Of a DNA stretch of 64,000 bases, positions 58,337 to 64,000 are shown piece by piece. The translations under genes were made by a program, and so were the position numbers. The DNA is from a virus: the IMG/VR virus record IMGVR_UViG_3300030108_004141, positions 1 through 64,000 of that record. The stretch is one strand, 5' to 3'. Below the pieces are notes generated by a model. It was not told the DNA's origin. It worked only from the letters and a program-made list of their open reading frames with translations, and searched no databases. Each line of letters opens with the position of its first letter. The first letter of the stretch is position 1.

Positions 58337-58643
58337 TCATCACCCAGCCGATACAAACGGTGATGGTGTCGTTGATCCCGTAGAACATCAGATGTATCTC
58401 GAGTTCAAAAGAAAAGAACTTGAAGATGCTGATGCGATGCGAGATGCGCAGCGAACTATGGCTTGGTTCTCTCTGGGTGGTATGCTACTATATCCTGCGA
58501 TAGTTTTGTTAGCATCAATATTCAATATCGATCAGGCAGCGAAGATCCTAGGTGACATGGCTGGTGTTTACTTTATAGCTGTCGCTGGTATCGTAGCTGC
58601 GTTCTTTGGTGCACAGGCTTTGACGAAACCGAAAAAGAAGTGA
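58302..58643 (+). CDS. two-TM membrane protein, holin candidate
   Basis: EF-hand-like DTNGDGVVD, two hydrophobic helices, basic C-terminus; next to spanins. Confidence 0.5.
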   Translation: MAEEETKEVKSNHHPADTNGDGVVDPVEHQMYLEFKRKELEDADAMRDAQRTMAWFSLGGMLLYPAIVLLASIFNIDQAAKILGDMAGVYFIAVAGIVAAFFGAQALTKPKKK

Positions 58644-58651
58644 GAATTTAA

Positions 58652-59116
58652 ATGTTAGAAGATAAAGGTAAGTTCAACGGTAAAATTAACGCCGAGTTCA
58701 CACCACCTAAAACTTGGGTTCTTAACAAGGCACTTTCTTTCACTCCAGATGATATTTCATCTGCAGATATCGATTTATTGAAAGAGGTCGGTGTTAATAT
58801 AAGTGATACAGGAAAGATAACATGTAAGAAAGGTATGCATACAGATCTAGCCTCTGTCCCTCGTGCATGTTGGGCTTTTATTTCCCCTTGGGATGTTGCC
58901 CGAGCAGCTGTGATTCATGATCATCTTTATGCTGCCTTGCGTGATTATTCCAGTAAGGAGGACTACGACATAAACAAGTGGGGTATGGCACGTGGGTTGG
59001 CTGATGATATATTTCTGATGGGTATGAACTCCGCAGAGCCTTCGGTTCCTTGTTGGAAAAAGTTTTTCTGCTATTACTCGGTTCGTATCTGTGGAGGTGG
59101 ACCAGCCTCAGGATAA
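58652..59116 (+). CDS. hypothetical protein (DUF1353-like from memory)
   Basis: TDLASVPR, AAVIHDHLY, ADDIF. Confidence 0.7.
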   Translation: MLEDKGKFNGKINAEFTPPKTWVLNKALSFTPDDISSADIDLLKEVGVNISDTGKITCKKGMHTDLASVPRACWAFISPWDVARAAVIHDHLYAALRDYSSKEDYDINKWGMARGLADDIFLMGMNSAEPSVPCWKKFFCYYSVRICGGGPASG

Positions 59117-59334
59117 TGTTTATGAATTTTAAACACCTCAAGGAAACGAAGAATACATACTTCACGCACTTTCAGTTTGCATTCCCCGAGGCATTGTGGG
59201 CATTTTGTATAAGCATCATCATGTTCATTCATGCATTCTTTCCGTTTCTATTTTGGAATGGGAACTTTGATAGATATGTAAGAGACGCTGTTAAAAGACT
59301 TAACATAGATCAAGAAAGATGGAAAGATGGTTGA
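59116..59334 (+). CDS. small membrane protein
   Basis: TAATG-coupled; HLKE...YFTHF...IHAFFPF. Confidence 0.65.
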   Translation: MFMNFKHLKETKNTYFTHFQFAFPEALWAFCISIIMFIHAFFPFLFWNGNFDRYVRDAVKRLNIDQERWKDG

Positions 59335-59707
59335 CGGAATCCGCACCGATGTTGAAATCTTAAAAAGAGATATGGAGATGATAGCAAGTCTCGCTGGGAA
59401 GTTTGACGTTGCGATAGATAAACTTTCCGCAGTGAGTGTTACTGTTGATAAGATGCTTGCTGTTCATGAAACTCGTTTACAAAACAATGAGCAACAGCGT
59501 GAAATACTTCATCAGCGTATCAGTGATATGAAAAAAGAAATCACCGAAGAGTTCAAATCACTTAAAGAAGAAAATCGTAAACAACACTCTCAAACTAATG
59601 AGCGTCTAGAAAAGTTAGAACGCTGGCGTTGGTTTGTTGTTGGCGTCGCCACGGTGATTGGTTTTTCTCTTGCACAAATGGAGTCTTTGGGAAGAATATT
59701 CGGATAG
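59327..59707 (+). CDS. coiled-coil protein with C-terminal TM
   Basis: LAVHETRL, LHQRI, LERWRWFVVG. Confidence 0.7.
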   Translation: MVDGIRTDVEILKRDMEMIASLAGKFDVAIDKLSAVSVTVDKMLAVHETRLQNNEQQREILHQRISDMKKEITEEFKSLKEENRKQHSQTNERLEKLERWRWFVVGVATVIGFSLAQMESLGRIFG

Positions 59708-59740
59708 TCCCTTTTATTTTGACATCTTTAGCTATATAAT
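59708..59740 (+). promoter_or_regulatory. sigma70-type promoter, TCCM family (leaderless primase)
   Basis: TCCC TTTTAT-N17-TATAAT-N6-ATG. Confidence 0.7.
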
Positions 59741-59746
59741 GATTTG

Positions 59747-60763
59747 ATGATGACACTTCAGGTTGACCATAAGTATATTGGCATGATCTCGACCCAGCTG
59801 CTCCAGTTTAAGCGGAAGGGTGATAGGCTTTATAATTTTCGCTGCCCTTTCTGTGGCGACTCTCAAAAAAATAAATTCAAAGCACGTGGCTATATGTTTG
59901 AGCACAAGGGCACGCTCGTATACAAATGCCATAACTGTGATATCAGTGCCTCACTTTATAAACTCTTAGATTTCGTTGATACTAATGTCGCACGTGCCTA
60001 TCGTTTAGAAACATTCGCGAATCGTGAACACACAGCTAACACAGTCGATGAGTTCATTATCAAAAATGATAAGAGTCCTGTAGTATCGACTAAACCCAAA
60101 CTCGAGCTAGATTTACCACGTATCACCGATCTCCTTGACACACATCGAGCAGTTCAATATCTAAAAGGTCGCAAAGTTCCCGAGGATAGATTCGGTGACA
60201 TGTTCTATGCGAAAAATATGAAAGAGCTCGAAAAACTGAATCCTCTTTACAAAGATAGATTGATAGCCGATGAGCGCATCATCATTCCCTTTCGTGACAT
60301 GACTGGTAATATTGTCGGTGTCACTGGTAGAGCTATGGGTAACTCGAATCTTCGTTATGTTACCATACGTGTCGAGCAAGATAAACCTCTGGTCTATGGG
60401 TTAGATCGCATCGATTACACAAAACAAATCTTTGTTGTCGAGGGTCAGTTTGACAGTATGTTTGTAGATAACTGTATCGCTCCTGGTGGCACAGACTTTA
60501 ATCGTGCTGTGTATTCTCTGCCGAAAGAGCAAGTGACTTTGGTCCTAGATAATCAACCGAGGAACAAACAAGTCGTTAAGAAGGTTGAGTCATTTTGTCA
60601 GAAAGGATATAATTTAGTTATATGGCCAGCAACATGGAAATACAAGGATATCAACGACGGGATAGTAGCAGGAATGAGCCGTCGGGAAATAATGGGCATA
60701 CTAAATACAAACACCCACACGGGATTAAAACTGAAACTAGCAATAAGGGATTGGAAAAGATGA
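59747..60763 (+). CDS. gp61: DNA primase gp61
   Basis: RCPFCGDS, CHNC, VEGQFDS, KDIND. Confidence 0.96.
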   Translation: MMTLQVDHKYIGMISTQLLQFKRKGDRLYNFRCPFCGDSQKNKFKARGYMFEHKGTLVYKCHNCDISASLYKLLDFVDTNVARAYRLETFANREHTANTVDEFIIKNDKSPVVSTKPKLELDLPRITDLLDTHRAVQYLKGRKVPEDRFGDMFYAKNMKELEKLNPLYKDRLIADERIIIPFRDMTGNIVGVTGRAMGNSNLRYVTIRVEQDKPLVYGLDRIDYTKQIFVVEGQFDSMFVDNCIAPGGTDFNRAVYSLPKEQVTLVLDNQPRNKQVVKKVESFCQKGYNLVIWPATWKYKDINDGIVAGMSRREIMGILNTNTHTGLKLKLAIRDWKR

Positions 60764-61458
60764 TACAATCTGTCCGTTTGGTTTCATTTTCGAAACCATC
60801 GGAAGATTTTTCTGAGGATTTGAATGATTGTCAAGACCTTATATCATTTTGCGCAAGGGTATCTAATCCTAGCAACCAATTAAATACTGAAACCACGGAA
60901 AAACTTCTAAGGTACATGATCAAGTACAAACACTGGTCACCCTTTGAAATGGCGAGTGCGTGTTTAGAAATTACTACAACGAGAGATATCGCTCGTCAAA
61001 TATTGCGACATCGCTCGTTTTCGTTTCAAGAGTTCAGCCAAAGATATGCCGATCCTGTGAAAGAACTTGAGTTCACGACGAGAGAGGCACGTTTACAAGA
61101 TTCTAAAAATCGGCAAAATAGTATTGAAATAGAAAATGATCCATCGATTCAAGATGATCCTGCGAAGCAAGAGTTGATATCTGAGTGGAACCGGAAGCAA
61201 GCTGGTATCACCAAACTCGCAACTCAAGCATATCAATGGGCGATTGAAAATAATATAGCGAAGGAACAAGCGAGAGCTGTGTTGCCAGAGGGACTCACTG
61301 TTTCTAGGATGTACATGAATGGAACACTAAGATCTTGGATACACTATATAGAACTACGAACAGAAGCAGGGACTCAGAAAGAACACCGGATTATAGCTGA
61401 AAAATGTGGTGTCGTCATATCGAAGATCCTACCTCTGATCACTGAGTTTCAAAATTAA
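60760..61458 (+). CDS. thyX: flavin-dependent thymidylate synthase
   Basis: HWSPFE, RHRSFSFQEFSQRY, EQARAVLP, TQKEHR; ATGA-coupled start. Confidence 0.96.
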   Translation: MIQSVRLVSFSKPSEDFSEDLNDCQDLISFCARVSNPSNQLNTETTEKLLRYMIKYKHWSPFEMASACLEITTTRDIARQILRHRSFSFQEFSQRYADPVKELEFTTREARLQDSKNRQNSIEIENDPSIQDDPAKQELISEWNRKQAGITKLATQAYQWAIENNIAKEQARAVLPEGLTVSRMYMNGTLRSWIHYIELRTEAGTQKEHRIIAEKCGVVISKILPLITEFQN

Positions 61459-61478
61459 ATCCTTCGGAGAAATAAAAT

Positions 61479-63251
61479 ATGGCGCGAAAACGAGAGCATC
61501 TTGGTATTACTATTGATCTTTCCAGGGAAAAAGACCTATCTGAGTTTGCTATAAGTTTGTTGAAAGAATACTATTGTCGGAAAGATGAAAAGAACTGTCA
61601 AGAGGCATTCGCTCGTGCTGCTGTCGCATATTGCGATGGCGATATGAATCTAGCGCAACGCATTTATGATTATGCATCACAGGGCTGGTTTATGTATTCC
61701 AGCCCTGTTTTGTCTAATGCAGTTTTACCAGACGAAAAAGTAAAGGCTCTTCCGATATCTTGTTTCCTGACATATGTTCCCGACACACTTGAAGGTTTGA
61801 TCGATCACACAGCTGAGTTGCGTTGGCTATCAGTAAAGGGTGGTGGTGTTGGCGGTCACTGGTCCGACGTCCGCTCCGTGAGTAATATCGCTCCAGGTCC
61901 GATACCATTTTTACACACAGTCGACTCAGACATGACTGCGTATCGGCAAGGTAAAACTCGCAAGGGTTCATACGCAGCATATCTCGATATCTCACATCCT
62001 GATATCATAGAGTTTCTTTCTATCCGCGTTCCGACTGGTGACGTCAATAGAAAATGTCTCAATCTCAACCACGCTGTAAATATCACAGATGATTTTATGC
62101 GGGCTGTTGAAAACGATGATGATTGGAATCTTGTTGATCCGAACGATAATAAGCCACGCGAAACAATGAAGGCTCGTAAGCTCTGGGAAAATCTTCTAGA
62201 AGTGCGCTATCGCACAGGAGAACCATACCTTAACTTTATCGACACAGCGAACCGTTATCTTCCCGAAACTCAAAAGAAACTCGGACTCAAGATTAACGGT
62301 TCAAATCTTTGTAACGAGATCCATCTTGTAACAGATAAAGATCGCACTGCAGTTTGCTGCCTGTCCTCTGTTAACATAGAAAAGTTCGATGAGTGGAAAC
62401 AATCAACGATGGTGCGTGATCTTATTCGTTTCCTCGATAATGTGTTACAAGTTTTCATAGACAACGCACCCGATACTATTTCCCGCGCAAGGTTTTCTGC
62501 AGAGCGTGAGCGGTCTCTCGGTTTGGGTGCTATGGGTTTACATTCTTACTTCCAAAAGTGTGAGGCATCATTTGAAAGTGAGCATGCCTCCGAACTCAAT
62601 AAACGTATCTTCCAGCATATCAAGCAAGAGGCTGTAGCAGAAACGAAAAAGATCGCGAAAGAAAAAGGCGAAGCACCAGACATGGTCGGTTCTGGTTTCC
62701 GCAACGCACACTTACTTGCTATCGCACCAAACGCAAACAGTGGTGTTATCGCTGGCACTTCACCATCTATCGAGCCGAGTAAAGCAAACGCATATACACA
62801 TCGCACACGTGTAGGATCATATTTGGTGAAAAATAGATATCTTGAAAAACTACTCAAAGATATCGGTCAAGATACACAAGACACTTGGAGCAGTATTATA
62901 ACTAATGGTGGATCGGTACAGCATCTTGATTTCCTAAACTCACATCAGAAGCGTGTGTTTGCTACAGCGAATGAAATACCGCAGATAGCTTTGGTGAGAC
63001 AAGCTGCTGATCGTCAGAAGTATATTTGTCAGGGACAATCCCTGAATCTATTTTTCCCAGCTGGTGCTAATAAAGGCGAGCTTTCTAAAGTTCACTACAT
63101 GGCTTGGAAGCTGGGATGCAAAGGTTTGTATTATTTACGAACAGAAACTTCAAACCGTGCAGAAAACGTATCAAAGAAAGTTGAGAGAGACCGTTTGATG
63201 GATGGTGTAGAAGTTGAGTCTCAAGAAGAATGTGTAGCATGTCAAGGATGA
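61479..63251 (+). CDS. nrdA: class Ia ribonucleotide reductase alpha subunit (no ATP-cone evident)
   Basis: PISCF, SNLCNEI, VCCLSS, GLYYLR, C-terminal CVAC. Confidence 0.95.
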   Translation: MARKREHLGITIDLSREKDLSEFAISLLKEYYCRKDEKNCQEAFARAAVAYCDGDMNLAQRIYDYASQGWFMYSSPVLSNAVLPDEKVKALPISCFLTYVPDTLEGLIDHTAELRWLSVKGGGVGGHWSDVRSVSNIAPGPIPFLHTVDSDMTAYRQGKTRKGSYAAYLDISHPDIIEFLSIRVPTGDVNRKCLNLNHAVNITDDFMRAVENDDDWNLVDPNDNKPRETMKARKLWENLLEVRYRTGEPYLNFIDTANRYLPETQKKLGLKINGSNLCNEIHLVTDKDRTAVCCLSSVNIEKFDEWKQSTMVRDLIRFLDNVLQVFIDNAPDTISRARFSAERERSLGLGAMGLHSYFQKCEASFESEHASELNKRIFQHIKQEAVAETKKIAKEKGEAPDMVGSGFRNAHLLAIAPNANSGVIAGTSPSIEPSKANAYTHRTRVGSYLVKNRYLEKLLKDIGQDTQDTWSSIITNGGSVQHLDFLNSHQKRVFATANEIPQIALVRQAADRQKYICQGQSLNLFFPAGANKGELSKVHYMAWKLGCKGLYYLRTETSNRAENVSKKVERDRLMDGVEVESQEECVACQG

Positions 63252-63263
63252 TGGAGATATAAC

Positions 63264-63416
63264 ATGGCAAAGAAATCTAAAACAGTTTCAGTAACTGTTC
63301 ATGAGTCGATACCGAAGAAAACCAGTATCGGCGGCAATCACTCGATGATCAAAACATCATCGATGAATAAGAGTAAACGCAGATCATACAAAAAATATAG
63401 GGGGCAAGGGAGATAA
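63264..63416 (+). CDS. small basic protein (50 aa; not in the ORF track)
   Basis: GGAG RBS; MAKKSK...KRRSYKKYRGQGR*. Confidence 0.7.
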   Translation: MAKKSKTVSVTVHESIPKKTSIGGNHSMIKTSSMNKSKRRSYKKYRGQGR

Positions 63417-64000
63417 ATGGATAATATCCGCATCGTTTCTAAATCAGACTGTCCATTTTGCATAAGAGCAAAAGACTGGTTGGACCGTCGAGGATTCACA
63501 TACACTGAGGATGTGATGGATGAAGAGGAAACACGTTTGTCATTTTATCAGCAACACAAAGTTCATTCGGTTCCACAAATTTTTATAAATGACAAACTGA
63601 TTGGTGGATATACACAGCTGTTAGATCAGGGTGATTCATTAGTTCGTCGCATACGCGGTGGACTTATGCAGTTTTCTAAAGTTTACAAACCGTTTCAATA
63701 TCCTTGGGCAGTTGAGATAACTCAACGACATGAAAAGATACACTGGATTGAAGATGAACTTGATTTGAGTGAAGATGTGATGGACTGGAAGTCTGGTAAG
63801 ATGTCTGAAACTGATAAGTCATTCATCGTTCAGATTCTACGACTGTTCACTCAGTCCGATGTCGCAGTCGGAAAAAATTATTACGAACACTTCATACCTG
63901 CGTTCAAAAATAATGAGATCAGAAATATGCATGGCTCGTTCGCTGCGCGCGAGGGTGTTCATCAGCGTGCTTATGCGTTGCTCAACGATACACTTGGTTT
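63417..64000 (+). CDS. nrdB: glutaredoxin-NrdB fusion (runs off window end)
   Basis: CPFC, VPQIF, IGGY in frame with YKPFQYPW, FTQSDVAV, REGVH. Confidence 0.92.
   Translation, partial: MDNIRIVSKSDCPFCIRAKDWLDRRGFTYTEDVMDEEETRLSFYQQHKVHSVPQIFINDKLIGGYTQLLDQGDSLVRRIRGGLMQFSKVYKPFQYPWAVEITQRHEKIHWIEDELDLSEDVMDWKSGKMSETDKSFIVQILRLFTQSDVAVGKNYYEHFIPAFKNNEIRNMHGSFAAREGVHQRAYALLNDTLG

Noticed and set aside
60622-60759. Long N-terminal extensions in the ORF track (thyX, gp45, pstS, gp22, 53993, 58269, 59050)
   Set aside because: They overlap upstream genes or promoters; downstream starts have an RBS or coupled stop/start
1-64000. Introns, inteins, tRNAs or stop-codon recoding
   Set aside because: Core genes (gp17, gp20, gp23, gp41, gp43, gp46, nrdA, thyX) are uninterrupted and of plausible length in the standard code; no cloverleaf was seen in the short intergenic gaps by eye

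Overview
A 64-kb, almost entirely + strand segment of a T4-like myovirus of the marine non-cyanophage type. The host is probably alphaproteobacterial, inferred from the PstS/Hsp20 sequence style, ROSE-like leaders and leaderless promoters. Order: neck/packaging/tail/head module (gp13-gp23, gp3, with a collagen fibre gene inserted after the portal), recombination and late sigma (uvsY, uvsW, gp55, gp47, gp46), a GDP-sugar/glycosylation island, PDF, VWA + MoxR ATPase, clamp/loader/regA, auxiliary genes (hsp20, lysozyme, thioesterase, pstS, DUF59-like), gp43, uvsX, gp41, an ~8-kb cluster of probable capsid-packaged internal proteins, fibres, spanins, primase, thyX, nrdA and a truncated Grx-nrdB fusion. 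Best leads: (1) the 48-55 kb cluster, whose proteins carry T4 IP-like capsid-targeting leaders and include a 964-aa polyprotein split by internal copies of that signal, next to a ligase-like enzyme; (2) a tandem covarying hairpin pair covering the polyprotein RBS; (3) a candidate -1 frameshift at A_AAA_AAG; (4) a compact GDP-N-formylperosamine-like pathway with a GT11 transferase; (5) a TCC(A/C)-extended promoter family that places ATG at the predicted +1; (6) ROSE-like thermometers on hsp20 and pstS. All functional calls come from motif recognition and synteny by eye; no database searches were run.
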